Shown here piece by piece: positions 19,546-29,558 of a DNA stretch of 64,000 bases (position 1 is the first letter of the stretch; each line of letters starts with the position of its first letter). A program made the position numbers and the translations under genes. A model generated the notes under the pieces. The model was not told the DNA's origin. It did not search any database and was given only the letters and a program-made list of their open reading frames with translations. The DNA is taken from contig CAIMPC010000039.1 of NCBI GenBank assembly GCA_903843285.1, positions 44,886-108,885 on the forward strand, in the 5' to 3' direction. This DNA comes from Candidatus Omnitrophota bacterium. Its GTDB lineage: Bacteria > Omnitrophota > Gorgyraeia > 2-01-FULL-45-10.

Positions 19546-21218
19546 AGATGACGGGGGCTGAGATACTGATAGAGTGCTTAAAACGCGAGAAAGTCGAAGT
19601 ATTGTTCGGCTATCCCGGAGGGCAGGTATTGCCTATATTTGACAAACTCTATGACGCGCCGATTAAGTTTATCCTCGTCCGACATGAACAGGCTGCTGCG
19701 CATGCGGCGGATGGTTATGCCCGCGCTACAGGCAAGACCGGGGTTTGCCTCGCAACCTCCGGACCGGGTGCAACTAACCTGGTTACGGGCATCGCTACGG
19801 CATATATGGATTCCATTCCGATGGTCGCGATAACCGGCCAGGTGAAATCATTCCTGATCGGTAATGATGCATTCCAGGAGGCAGATATAACAGGCATAAC
19901 CAGGCCGATTACCAAACATAATTATCTGGTCGAGGATATTAAAGATTTGGCGCGTATAATGAAAGAGGCGTTCCATATAGCCTCGACTGGACGCCCCGGG
20001 CCGGTACTGGTGGACATACCATCAGATATTCAGATGCAGCAATGCGAATTCGAGTATCCGGATAAAGTTTCGATACGCGGATATAATCCGACATATATCG
20101 GGCATGTAGGTCAGATAAAGCGAGCCGCTAAGGCCATATCTGAAGCGAAGAAGCCTATATTATATGTGGGCGGTGGCGCCATCATATCGAACGCCTCGGA
20201 AGAGGTGACAGAGCTGGCCATAAACAACGAGATACCGGTTACGATGACGCTTTTAGGACTAGGCGCATTTCCTTCCACCCACGAGCTATCACTGGGAATG
20301 CTCGGGATGCACGGAACAGCTTATGCGAATCACTCGATAATGGATTCGGATCTTATTATCTCTGTGGGCGCCAGATTCGATGACAGGGTTACGGGAAAAG
20401 TAGATGCATTTGCGCCGCATGCCAAGGTCATTCATATCGATATAGATCCCGCCAGCGTCTCTAAGAATGTCGAGGTTGATATACCGATAGTCGGTGACGC
20501 TAAACTTGTTTTAAAAGAACTGAACAAATTCGTGAAGAAACCTGATACAAAGGATTGGATTAAGACTGTAGCGGAGTGGAAAAACAAATACTCATTAAAA
20601 TATAAAGACGATAACACTCTTAGGCCCCAGTATATATTGGAGCAGATATATGAGGCGACCAAAGGTGATGCCATAATCTGTACCGAGGTAGGTCAAAATC
20701 AGATGTGGGCCGCTCAATTCTTCAAATTCACTAAACCCAGGACCATGCTATCGTCGGGTGGACTCGGGACTATGGGCTATGGTTTTCCCGCCGCGATAGG
20801 CGCTCAGCTGGGTAAGCCCGATGCGCACGTATTTGACATCGCAGGTGACGGATCTATTCAGATGAATATACAGGAATTGGCGACGTCTGTGGCAAATAAA
20901 CTGCCGATTAAGATCGTCATACTGAATAATTGCTATCTTGGCATGGTCAGACAGTGGCAGGAGCTATTTTATAATCACAGATATTCCTACACATGTTTAA
21001 ATGGCACCGAGCCGGACTTTGTTAAGCTTGCGGATGCTTACGGGGCGGTTGGTATGCTTATTACGAAGAAGGAAGATGTTCGTTCGGCAATAGATAAGGC
21101 CCTGGCGATAAATAATACGGTTATCATGGACTTCCGCATTGAGCGCGAGGAGAATGTCTATCCGATGGTGCCGGCAGGCGAGGCTATCAATAAGATGATC
21201 GGCGGAGGGCTAGCGTGA
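19542..21218 (+). CDS. ilvB: acetolactate synthase large subunit
   Basis: [13 protein letters not shown]..., TPP-binding [15 protein letters not shown] domain. ATGA overlap with the ilvD stop. Confidence 0.9.
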   Translation: MKMTGAEILIECLKREKVEVLFGYPGGQVLPIFDKLYDAPIKFILVRHEQAAAHAADGYARATGKTGVCLATSGPGATNLVTGIATAYMDSIPMVAITGQVKSFLIGNDAFQEADITGITRPITKHNYLVEDIKDLARIMKEAFHIASTGRPGPVLVDIPSDIQMQQCEFEYPDKVSIRGYNPTYIGHVGQIKRAAKAISEAKKPILYVGGGAIISNASEEVTELAINNEIPVTMTLLGLGAFPSTHELSLGMLGMHGTAYANHSIMDSDLIISVGARFDDRVTGKVDAFAPHAKVIHIDIDPASVSKNVEVDIPIVGDAKLVLKELNKFVKKPDTKDWIKTVAEWKNKYSLKYKDDNTLRPQYILEQIYEATKGDAIICTEVGQNQMWAAQFFKFTKPRTMLSSGGLGTMGYGFPAAIGAQLGKPDAHVFDIAGDGSIQMNIQELATSVANKLPIKIVILNNCYLGMVRQWQELFYNHRYSYTCLNGTEPDFVKLADAYGAVGMLITKKEDVRSAIDKALAINNTVIMDFRIEREENVYPMVPAGEAINKMIGGGLA

Positions 21219-21730
21219 AGCACACGATATCTGTGTTGGTCGAGAACAAGTTTGGAGTGCTAGCCCGCATATCGGGACTATTCAGCGCACGAGGTTTCAA
21301 CATATCGAGCCTGGCTGTAGGAGAGACCGAGGATCCCACAGTTTCGCGTATGACGATAGTTGTTGAAGGCGACGATAAGACGCTGGAACAGATAAAGAAG
21401 CAGTCCAATAAACTCATAGACGTTATTAAGGTTATAGATTATAGAGAGGGAGAATTTATTGACAGAGAGCTTATTTTGATAAAGATCTCCTTCACCTCTA
21501 AGAATAAGAAAGATCTCCTCGCAGCGGTCGATGCCGCGGGCGGTAAAGTGGAATCATCCGGTGACAGATCGATCTGTGTGGAAGCCTCGGGGGATAGGGC
21601 AAAGATAAAGACGATATTGGAATTATTAAAACCTTTCGGTATCCTGGAAGTCGTTAGGACCGGCAGGATAGCGATAGATACGACTGATAAAGGATTAAAG
21701 GCTGACGGAAAACCTGAAGTTAACGAGTAG
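21215..21730 (+). CDS. ilvN: acetolactate synthase small (regulatory) subunit
   Basis: ACT domain ISVLVENKFGVLARISGLFSARGFNISSL. Confidence 0.9.
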   Translation: MKHTISVLVENKFGVLARISGLFSARGFNISSLAVGETEDPTVSRMTIVVEGDDKTLEQIKKQSNKLIDVIKVIDYREGEFIDRELILIKISFTSKNKKDLLAAVDAAGGKVESSGDRSICVEASGDRAKIKTILELLKPFGILEVVRTGRIAIDTTDKGLKADGKPEVNE

Positions 21731-21748
21731 AAAGGGGAGTAGAGAAAG

Positions 21749-22738
21749 ATGGCAAAGATTTACTATGATAAGGACGCGGATTTAGATATTTTAAAGGGTA
21801 AAAAGATTGCTGTTATAGGTTATGGCATACAGGGAAGAGGCCAAAGCTTAAATCTCAAAGAATCCGGGCTCGATGTTATAGTTAGCGAACTTCCCGGCAC
21901 AAAGAATTTTGAACAGGCGAAGATTGATGGATTCAACCCGATTCCTGCGGACGAAGCATCGAAGCAGGCAGACCTGGTCCAGATACTGACGGAAGACCAT
22001 GTGCAGGCGAAGGTTTATCAAGATCTCATCGCAAAGAATATGACGAAGGGAAAGACGCTCCTATTCTCCCATGGATTTAATATACGCTTTAAACAAATAA
22101 AGCCGAACAAGAAGATTGATGTCATCATGGTTGCTCCAAAGGGCCCAGGGGCATTATGCAGAAGGATGTACGAAGAGGGTAAGGGCGTACCTTGCCTTAT
22201 CGCGATATACCAGGATGCGACCGGCAATGCTAAGAAGACTGCGCTTGCGTATGCGAAAGGTATTGGCGGCACCAGAGCAGGAGTTATCGAGACGACATTT
22301 CAGGAGGAGACTGAGACCGACTTATTCGGCGAACAGGCTGTCCTGTGCGGCGGGACTAGCGAATTGATCTTAGCAGGGTTCGATACACTGATCGAGGCAG
22401 GGTATCAGCCGGAGATCGCGTATTTCGAAGTACTGCATGAGCTTAAGCTGATTACGGATCTGATTCAGGAGTACGGGATAAGCGGAATGAGACGTAGGGT
22501 ATCAAATACAGCGTGCTACGGTGATGTATCACGCGGCAAGCGCATCATTACCGAGAGAACGCGCAAAGAGATGAAGAAGATGTTGAGGGAGATAGTTTCC
22601 GGCAAATTTGCCCGAGAGTGGATAAAAGAGAACGAGCTGGGCAGGCCGAATTTTAACAAGATGCTGAAGGATGGAGATGCGCATCCCATAGAGAAAGTCG
22701 GACAGGATCTGCGTAAGATGATGCCCTGGATGGGGTAG
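21749..22738 (+). CDS. ilvC: ketol-acid reductoisomerase
   Basis: [17 protein letters not shown] Rossmann motif; class I KARI of 329 aa. Confidence 0.95.
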   Translation: MAKIYYDKDADLDILKGKKIAVIGYGIQGRGQSLNLKESGLDVIVSELPGTKNFEQAKIDGFNPIPADEASKQADLVQILTEDHVQAKVYQDLIAKNMTKGKTLLFSHGFNIRFKQIKPNKKIDVIMVAPKGPGALCRRMYEEGKGVPCLIAIYQDATGNAKKTALAYAKGIGGTRAGVIETTFQEETETDLFGEQAVLCGGTSELILAGFDTLIEAGYQPEIAYFEVLHELKLITDLIQEYGISGMRRRVSNTACYGDVSRGKRIITERTRKEMKKMLREIVSGKFAREWIKENELGRPNFNKMLKDGDAHPIEKVGQDLRKMMPWMG

Positions 22739-22740
22739 AG

Positions 22741-22950
22741 ATTTTTCGGCCGCTTAGCGGCTGGGTGGACACTCGGCGGCCACCTTCCGCTTGTCGCAAA
22801 TTTGCATCAGGCGTGCAAATTTGCTGTTGTAAAAATGCGATGGCCAATGAACCTGACCGGAGATATAGTTACAGAGCAGTTTCATTGTCCTGGTGTACCG
22901 CCAAATAGGTATCGCATTTTTACGAAAGTCGCTCCAGGTGGACCGTCAAG
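22741..22950 (+). repeat. repeat family B, copy 2 (starts 3 nt after the ilvC stop; ends just before the leuA RBS)
   Basis: ATTTTTCGGCCGC...CCTTCCGCTTGTCGCAAATTTGCATCAGGCGTGCAAATTTGCTGTTGTAAAAATGCGAT[loop]ATCGCATTTTTACGAAAGTCGCTCC. Has the same modules as 28278-28450. Confidence 0.65.
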
Positions 22951-23017
22951 TATCCCCGAATGGTACAATTTACAAGGTCAGGCGGGGACCCGAAGGATAT
23001 TTTTGCAGGAGAGAGTG

Positions 23018-24535
23018 ATGAATAACGAGAACAAGATAATAATATTCGACACAACGCTGAGGGATGGGGAACAGTGTCCCGGCGCCAGCCTGAATATTAA
23101 GGAGAAGCTCGAGATAGCTAAACAATTAGCCATTCTCGGTGTTGATATAATTGAGGCAGGTTTTCCGGTATCAAGCCCCGGTGATTTCGAATCCGTTAAG
23201 ACGGTTGCCAGGAACGTTAAAGGGCCCATAATATGCGGATTGGCCCGGGCGCTGGAGAAGGATATAGACGCATCTTATGGAGCTGTAAAATTCAGCGACA
23301 GGCCCAGGATACACATATTCTTAGCCACTTCGAAGATACATATGAAGTACAAGCTGAAGAAAGCGGAGGACGAAATCCTGAGACTGGCCGTTGCCGCTGT
23401 AAAATATGCAAAGTCTAAGGTATCGGATGTGGAGTTCTCTCCTGAAGATGCTTCCCGCACCGAGCCGGCGTTTCTCCATAAGGTTGTAGAGGCTGTTATA
23501 GCCGCCGGGGCAAGCACTGTAAATATACCGGATACCGTAGGCTACAGCACGCCTTTCGAGTTTGCAGACATCATCAGCGGTATTAAAAAGAATGTACCAA
23601 ATATCGACAAGTGCGTCATAAGCGTACATTGCCATAACGATCTGGGGCTTGGTGTATCTAATTCGCTGGCGGCCATACTGAATGGCGCGCGTCAGGTAGA
23701 ATGCACGATGAATGGTCTGGGCGAGAGGGCCGGGAATGCATCGCTGGAAGAGATAGTCATGGCTATAAAGACGAGAAATGACATCTTCAAAGGTATGTGT
23801 ACCGGAGTTAATACCAAAGAGATATATAAAAGTTCCAGGCTGGTTTCTAAATTGACCGGAATGCCGGTCCAACCTAATAAGGCCATAATAGGCGCGAATG
23901 CCTTTGCGCATGAATCCGGAATTCATCAGGATGGCGTGTTGAAGAAGCGTATAACCTATGAAATTATGAGGCCTGAGGACGTCGGCTTCGAGGAGTCAAA
24001 GATAGTATTAGGCAAGCATTCCGGAAGGCATGCTTTTGACTCCAGGCTGAAAAATTTAGGCCTTCACCTTAAGCAGTCGGACCTTAATAAAGCGTTTGAG
24101 AAATTCAAAGTGCTGGCCGATAAGAAGAAAGAGATCTTCGATGAAGACCTGGAAGCGATCATCGATGAAGAGATATCAAAGGTGCCCGAGAAGGTGCATC
24201 TGATCCATTTCCACACAGCATCCGGCGATCGAGTAAAGCCAACAGCGGTTCTCACAATTCGTTATAACGGCAAAGTATTGGATGCGAGCTCTACCGGTGA
24301 CGGCCCGGTCGATGCCTGTTATAAGGCTATCGACAAGATAACGGGTATTTCCGGTAAGCTTATGGACTACCAGATACGCTCTGTGACCAGAGGCAAAGAC
24401 GCTCTCGGCGAGGTATCGGTGAAGGTTGAGTCTAAGGGTAAGATTTTTTCAGGCAGAGGCGCGAGCACAGACATAATCGAGGCAAGCATAAAGGCGTATG
24501 TCAATGCTATCAATAAGCGCGCTATAGCCGGTTAA
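23018..24535 (+). CDS. leuA: 2-isopropylmalate synthase
   Basis: [27 protein letters not shown], LeuA dimerisation domain. RBS AGGAGAGAG. The longer ORF starting at 22802 is rejected because it reads through repeat B. Confidence 0.9.
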   Translation: MNNENKIIIFDTTLRDGEQCPGASLNIKEKLEIAKQLAILGVDIIEAGFPVSSPGDFESVKTVARNVKGPIICGLARALEKDIDASYGAVKFSDRPRIHIFLATSKIHMKYKLKKAEDEILRLAVAAVKYAKSKVSDVEFSPEDASRTEPAFLHKVVEAVIAAGASTVNIPDTVGYSTPFEFADIISGIKKNVPNIDKCVISVHCHNDLGLGVSNSLAAILNGARQVECTMNGLGERAGNASLEEIVMAIKTRNDIFKGMCTGVNTKEIYKSSRLVSKLTGMPVQPNKAIIGANAFAHESGIHQDGVLKKRITYEIMRPEDVGFEESKIVLGKHSGRHAFDSRLKNLGLHLKQSDLNKAFEKFKVLADKKKEIFDEDLEAIIDEEISKVPEKVHLIHFHTASGDRVKPTAVLTIRYNGKVLDASSTGDGPVDACYKAIDKITGISGKLMDYQIRSVTRGKDALGEVSVKVESKGKIFSGRGASTDIIEASIKAYVNAINKRAIAG

Positions 24536-24635
24536 AATTTCTTAGTCTGAAAATTTAACTGTCCGCTCCGGTCGCATCCCGACGCCGTATATGGCGCGAA
24601 GATAGATCAGGCGGAATTTTTTTTGAAAGCATATT

Positions 24636-25505
24636 ATGACTAAGCAGATATATGGAATAGTCGGGCATCCTGTAAAGCACTCGTTATCACCGGCAATGCA
24701 GAATGCCGCTTTTAACCATCTTGAGATTAGTGCTGAATATAGATTATTTGAGGTATCAGATGCCGATTTCGATAAATTTCTCGACAAAATACGGGAAGAG
24801 AGGGATGTCGCAGGGCTTAACATTACGATCCCGCATAAGATAAGAGCTAAGGAATACCTGGAGCGTGTAGGTTCGCTCGACGAAAATGCCGCGAAGCTCG
24901 GAGCGGTAAATACGATAAAGATTGCGGTCGATGGACAGATGAAGGGATTTAATACGGATGGCCCGGGATTCTATAGGTCGCTTGTTCAGGATTTGAAGTT
25001 TGAGCCTGAGGGCAAGAATATATTCGTATTGGGTTCGGGCGGCGCCGCGAAGGCAGTAGCGATGTTTCTTGGCAGTAAGGCTGGCACGATATTCGTCTTT
25101 GATACGGATAGAGATAAGATGAGCGCGCTCAGAAACCATTATGCGAAATATTTCGATGTTATGAAGCTGAATCTGGTTTCAGGCGCCGGTCGCATAAAAG
25201 AGTCTTTGGATAATTGTGATCTGCTTATTAATGCGACTCCGGTGGGCATGAAGGATTCGGACGTATCGCCGATAGCTAAAAAATTTCTAAGGCCGGATCT
25301 GTGCGTCTACGATCTGGTCTACAACAGGCCCTCTACACAGCTGATAAGAGATGCTCGTGAGGCTGGAGCTTGCGCTTTAACAGGAGTAGGTATGTTGTTA
25401 TATCAAGGCGCTCTGGCATTCGAAATCTGGACCGGCAAGAGCGCGCCGATAGATATTATGAGACGAGCCCTCGAGGGATCCATTAAGGATAACTATGGTT
25501 TATAG
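24636..25505 (+). CDS. aroE: shikimate dehydrogenase
   Basis: IYGIVGHPVKHSLSPAMQNAAF, GSGGAAKA. Confidence 0.9.
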   Translation: MTKQIYGIVGHPVKHSLSPAMQNAAFNHLEISAEYRLFEVSDADFDKFLDKIREERDVAGLNITIPHKIRAKEYLERVGSLDENAAKLGAVNTIKIAVDGQMKGFNTDGPGFYRSLVQDLKFEPEGKNIFVLGSGGAAKAVAMFLGSKAGTIFVFDTDRDKMSALRNHYAKYFDVMKLNLVSGAGRIKESLDNCDLLINATPVGMKDSDVSPIAKKFLRPDLCVYDLVYNRPSTQLIRDAREAGACALTGVGMLLYQGALAFEIWTGKSAPIDIMRRALEGSIKDNYGL

Positions 25506-26283
25506 CTTGCACTATGGCATGGATAAATTACTGGTATTTATTATAGGAGCTATGATAGGTAGTTTTCTGAATGTATGCATATACAGGATACCGAACGCAG
25601 AATCAATAATATTTCCACCGTCTCATTGTCCTAAGTGCAGTAAGAGAATTAAGTGGTACGATAATATTCCGATATTGAGTTATATAGTGCTAATGGGACG
25701 TTGTGGGCACTGCCGGAGAAGAATACCTATCCGCTATCTGATAGTTGAGGTGCTTACGGCTGTGCTGATACTGCTACTATATAGGACCTTCGGGATCAGC
25801 ACTAAATTTTTTACATATTCTGCCTTTACGAGCGTGCTTATTGTGGTAACTTTCATAGATATTGCAACGATGGAGATACCGGATTCGCTGTCTCTCGGAG
25901 GCCTTGTGATGGGAGTGGTATTGTCGGCGATATTTCCGGTGCTATTCAATAGCGCGTCGAGGATGGAGAGTCTTCTGGGATCCGTTATTGGGGCATTAGT
26001 CGGGGGGATGATAATCTATATTATGGGAGTCATCGGTAAACTGATATTTAAGAAAGAGGCTATGGGCGGGGGAGATGTAAAATTGATGGCGATGATAGGC
26101 TCTTTTCTGGGCTGGAAGCTTGCGCTATTCACGTTCTTCATCGCGCCGATATTCGGCGCGGTCTTCGGGTTAGTTATGAAGATGAGGGATGGGCGGGATA
26201 CGATTGCCTATGGGCCCTATCTATCTCTTGCGGCTGTGATCACTATATTTTTTTCTAAGTTTCTACTTGGGCTTTTAGCTTAG
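25495..26283 (+). CDS. pilD: prepilin peptidase (A24 family type IV leader peptidase/N-methyltransferase)
   Basis: CPKCSKRIKWYDNIP...CGHC zinc motif; multi-pass membrane protein; conserved Asp residues. Confidence 0.85.
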   Translation: MVYSLHYGMDKLLVFIIGAMIGSFLNVCIYRIPNAESIIFPPSHCPKCSKRIKWYDNIPILSYIVLMGRCGHCRRRIPIRYLIVEVLTAVLILLLYRTFGISTKFFTYSAFTSVLIVVTFIDIATMEIPDSLSLGGLVMGVVLSAIFPVLFNSASRMESLLGSVIGALVGGMIIYIMGVIGKLIFKKEAMGGGDVKLMAMIGSFLGWKLALFTFFIAPIFGAVFGLVMKMRDGRDTIAYGPYLSLAAVITIFFSKFLLGLLA

Positions 26284-26313
26284 ACGAATGCGACAAAATC
26301 AGAAAGGGATAAT

Positions 26314-27438
26314 ATGATCAGATATTTAACCGGCGGTGAATCTCATGGCAGGACGATGACGGCCATACTTGATGGCATGCCTTCGGGCCTTAGCATAAAA
26401 GAATCGACTATTAATAATGATCTTTATCGTCGTATGCTTGGTTACGGCAGAGGGAAGCGCATGAAGATCGAGGCCGATAAGGTGCAGATCATTTCGGGAC
26501 TCAGAAGATCGGTTACGATGGGTAGTCCCATAACGTTAGCCATTAACAATGTCGACCATTCGATTGATAGACTACCCGTGGTGCTTAACGCGCGCCCGGG
26601 ACATGCCGACCTGTCAGGTGTTATGAAGTATGATCTGAAAGACATCAGGAGCGTCTTGGAGAGGGCTAGCGCCCGGGAGACTGTGTCCAGGGTTTCGGTC
26701 GGCGCTGTCTGTAAGGCGCTATTGGCAGAGTTTGGAATTGAGATCGCGAGCCATGTTGTCGCAATAGGCGGTGTGGAGGCCCAGACGAAAGACCTAGGAT
26801 TTGATCGCCTTGTGTCGAAGGCTGAGAGGTCGCCTGTGAGATGCGCTGACTCCGATGCCTCAGGGTTAATGTGCGCTGAGATAGATGATGCAACGGAGGA
26901 AGGCGATACCTTGGGCGGTGTATTTGAGCTTATTGCCAGAGGCGTGCCCGTAGGACTCGGTAGCTACACTCAATGGGATAGGCGCATAGAAGCGCGATTA
27001 TCATATGCGGTGATGTCGATACAGGCTGTAAGAGGCGTGAGCTTCGGTGCCGGATTTGAAATGGCTGGCATGAGAGGTTCGATGGTTCATGACGAGATAT
27101 TCCATGATAAGAAGAGGGGTTTTTACAGGACAACCAATAATGCCGGCGGCATCGAAGGTGGAATGACCACAGGCGAAGCTATAGTAATACAGGCCGTTAT
27201 GAAGCCGATAGCCACGCTTATGTCCCCGCTATCCAGTGTAAATATAAGAACTAAGGCGAAGGCGTTGGCAAACGTGGAGCGGTCAGATGTCTGTGCGGTC
27301 CCGGCAGCCGGGGTTGTAGGTGAGGCGGTTATGGCAATAGAGCTTGCCAATGCGATGATAGAGAAATTCGGAGGTGATTCATTGCGGGAGATGAAGCGTA
27401 ATTATGGCGGATACCTGGATCAGATAAAGAAGATATGA
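26314..27438 (+). CDS. aroC: chorismate synthase
   Basis: MIRYLTGGESHG; 374 aa. Confidence 0.95.
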   Translation: MIRYLTGGESHGRTMTAILDGMPSGLSIKESTINNDLYRRMLGYGRGKRMKIEADKVQIISGLRRSVTMGSPITLAINNVDHSIDRLPVVLNARPGHADLSGVMKYDLKDIRSVLERASARETVSRVSVGAVCKALLAEFGIEIASHVVAIGGVEAQTKDLGFDRLVSKAERSPVRCADSDASGLMCAEIDDATEEGDTLGGVFELIARGVPVGLGSYTQWDRRIEARLSYAVMSIQAVRGVSFGAGFEMAGMRGSMVHDEIFHDKKRGFYRTTNNAGGIEGGMTTGEAIVIQAVMKPIATLMSPLSSVNIRTKAKALANVERSDVCAVPAAGVVGEAVMAIELANAMIEKFGGDSLREMKRNYGGYLDQIKKI

Positions 27439-27956
27439 TGAAGAATATAGTACTGGTCGGATTTATGGGTACCGGTAAGACGACGATAGCGACCGGACTG
27501 TCGCATAGGCTCGGTATGCGGTATGTTTCAACCGATAGCTTGATCGAAAAACGCGAGAATCGCACGATCAATGAGATATTTACTGATAGCGGAGAAGAAT
27601 ATTTTCGGGGAATCGAAAGTTCAATAATAAGAGACGTCTCCTGCATGGACGGCCTTGTGATCGATACGGGAGGCGGAGCGATGATACGCGATGAGAATGT
27701 TGCGTATATGAAGTCGAACGGTATCATCGTATGCCTCACAGCCCGGGAAGATGTGATAATGGAGCGGACGAAGAAATATAAACACCGCCCACTGCTGAAT
27801 GTCGAAGATCCTAAGAGAAAGATCAGGGATCTTATTGCAAAACGTGCGCCGTACTATGCTAAGGCGGATTATACGATCGATACGGGTGAATTAACGGCAA
27901 GGCAGGTAATTGAAAAGATAGCTGAGATAGCGGAATTGGGATCGAAGACGAAATAG
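27435..27956 (+). CDS. aroK: shikimate kinase
   Basis: IVLVGFMGTGKTT P-loop; 173 aa. Confidence 0.9.
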   Translation: MMKNIVLVGFMGTGKTTIATGLSHRLGMRYVSTDSLIEKRENRTINEIFTDSGEEYFRGIESSIIRDVSCMDGLVIDTGGGAMIRDENVAYMKSNGIIVCLTAREDVIMERTKKYKHRPLLNVEDPKRKIRDLIAKRAPYYAKADYTIDTGELTARQVIEKIAEIAELGSKTK

Positions 27957-27966
27957 GAAGCGCTGT

Positions 27967-28278
27967 ATGAAGCGAAATGCCAGATTATGGATCGGAGTGA
28001 CGGTTCTTACCATCATACTGGTAAACTATATTCTTATAGGTGTGCCGCTTCTGTCGAAATCGAGATCGATCCAGGGTAGGGCAAAGACAATTCTAATGAA
28101 GCAGATTAAGTCAGGCAGTATATTCAGCACTTCGGACGATGAGTATATGCTCGAGATATTCCGCAAAGAGAAGGCGACGATTGATACGAAGGTTATGGTA
28201 TTGAACGGGATAGCGGTAACGCTGGCGTTTATCGCAGGCAGCTGGACAATATTTGGTTTGATATTTAAGGGGAAATGA
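27967..28278 (+). CDS. hypothetical small membrane protein (2 TM helices)
   Basis: ORF with two hydrophobic helices. No homology recognised. Confidence 0.4.
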   Translation: MKRNARLWIGVTVLTIILVNYILIGVPLLSKSRSIQGRAKTILMKQIKSGSIFSTSDDEYMLEIFRKEKATIDTKVMVLNGIAVTLAFIAGSWTIFGLIFKGK

Positions 28279-28450
28279 TTTTTCGGCAACAACGGACAGG
28301 CGTTTACTTTTGGGTGGTACCTTCGCTTGTCGTTCGCTCGGATTAGCCATCCTCGCTCACTGTTGATAAAATTTCGATGGTGAAGCCTGTATCGGCATAA
28401 GGTATCGAAATTTTATAAAGTCGCTACGGCACGCACCCAAAAGTTCCGCC
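28278..28450 (+). repeat. repeat family B, copy 3 (immediately after stop); inner element bounded by 11-bp terminal inverted repeat ACTTTTGGGTG/CACCCAAAAGT (28305-28444)
   Basis: ATTTTTCGGCAAC...GTTTACTTTTGGGTGGTACCTTCGCTTGTCGTTCGCTCGG...TGTTGATAAAATTTCGAT[25-nt loop]ATCGAAATTTTATAAAGTCGCTACGGCACGCACCCAAAAGTTCCGCC. Confidence 0.7.
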
Positions 28451-28596
28451 ATCTGACATATGTACGAAAAATCTCTAGGGTGGAGAGTAGCAGAGACTTA
28501 TATTGCTGATCTGTGCCGCAATCATGGCTTTATGAAGCGGCGAAATAAATTCATCGCCGCGAATAAAGGCATGAGTGCGATGATGCAAAGGTTATT

Positions 28597-29508
28597 ATGG
28601 CAATACGAAAGATAACATTAGACGATCCGGAATATCCGAAGAACCTGCGGAACATACACAGGCCTCCGAAGCAGCTCTATGTCAATGGCACGCTACTCGA
28701 GACCGACGAAGTCGCGGTGGCTCTCGTAGGATCGCGTAGGGCGTCACTCTACGGCATGGAGACCAGCGAGAAACTCGGATACGAGCTTGCCTTACGAGGC
28801 GTAACTGTAGTTAGCGGTATGGCGCGCGGAATAGATACTTCTGCTCATAGAGGCGCGCTGAAGGCCAAAGGAAGGACGATCGCGGTTATGGGCAGCGGAC
28901 ATGGCCATATATATCCTTCCGAGAATATTAAGCTTTACGACGAGATTATTAAGTGTGGAGCGGTCGTCACAGAATTTGAGAATGACATGGAACCTATAGC
29001 GTATAACTTCCCGCAGCGGAATCGCATAATAAGCGGTTTATCGCTCGGAGTGGTAGTAGTCGAGGCAGCTAAGGATTCAGGCGCTTTAATAACGGCAACT
29101 ATGGCGGCCGAACAAGGCAGAGAGGTATTTGCGCTGCCCGGCAGGATATCGTCTACGACCAGCTCCGGCACGAACTCACTTATTAAGGATGGGGCTAAGC
29201 TGGTGCAATCTATAGACGATATACTGGAAGAGCTGCACTTGCACCAGGTTAAATCCACCGACGCCGACGGAAGTAATAGTTCCCATAGCGGCAAAATAGC
29301 CAGAATGACAAAGGCGTATATTTACAATTCACTTACAGATATTGAGCGAAAAGTATATGAAGCAATATCGGATGAGCCGACGTATATAGACAACATTTTA
29401 GATAAGGCAGGCCTGGATGCATCGAAAGGGTCTAAAGCATTACTTAGTTTGCAGTTGAAGAAGCTCGTTATGGAAGTTCCGGGAAAGCAATATCTGCGTA
29501 AGGAATAG
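28597..29508 (+). CDS. dprA: DNA processing protein A (Smf)
   Basis: DPEYPKNL...PPKQLYVNG...VALVGSRRAS Rossmann-like DprA core, plus a C-terminal winged-helix-like tail. Confidence 0.85.
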   Translation: MAIRKITLDDPEYPKNLRNIHRPPKQLYVNGTLLETDEVAVALVGSRRASLYGMETSEKLGYELALRGVTVVSGMARGIDTSAHRGALKAKGRTIAVMGSGHGHIYPSENIKLYDEIIKCGAVVTEFENDMEPIAYNFPQRNRIISGLSLGVVVVEAAKDSGALITATMAAEQGREVFALPGRISSTTSSGTNSLIKDGAKLVQSIDDILEELHLHQVKSTDADGSNSSHSGKIARMTKAYIYNSLTDIERKVYEAISDEPTYIDNILDKAGLDASKGSKALLSLQLKKLVMEVPGKQYLRKE

Positions 29509-29558
29509 CAGCCGTTTATAGCCTTAGCTTTCTCAAATAGATAAGATCGGAGAGCATA

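Noticed and set aside
22802-23017. Upstream extension of the leuA ORF (start at 22802)
   Set aside because: The extension is translated repeat family B sequence. The canonical LeuA N-terminus with an RBS begins at 23018.
28345-28596. Possible tRNA or small RNA gene in the 250-bp gap before dprA
   Set aside because: No cloverleaf-compatible sequence (no GTTC-type T-loop with matching acceptor stem) could be recognised by eye. The hairpin there belongs to repeat family B. An sRNA cannot be excluded without expression data.
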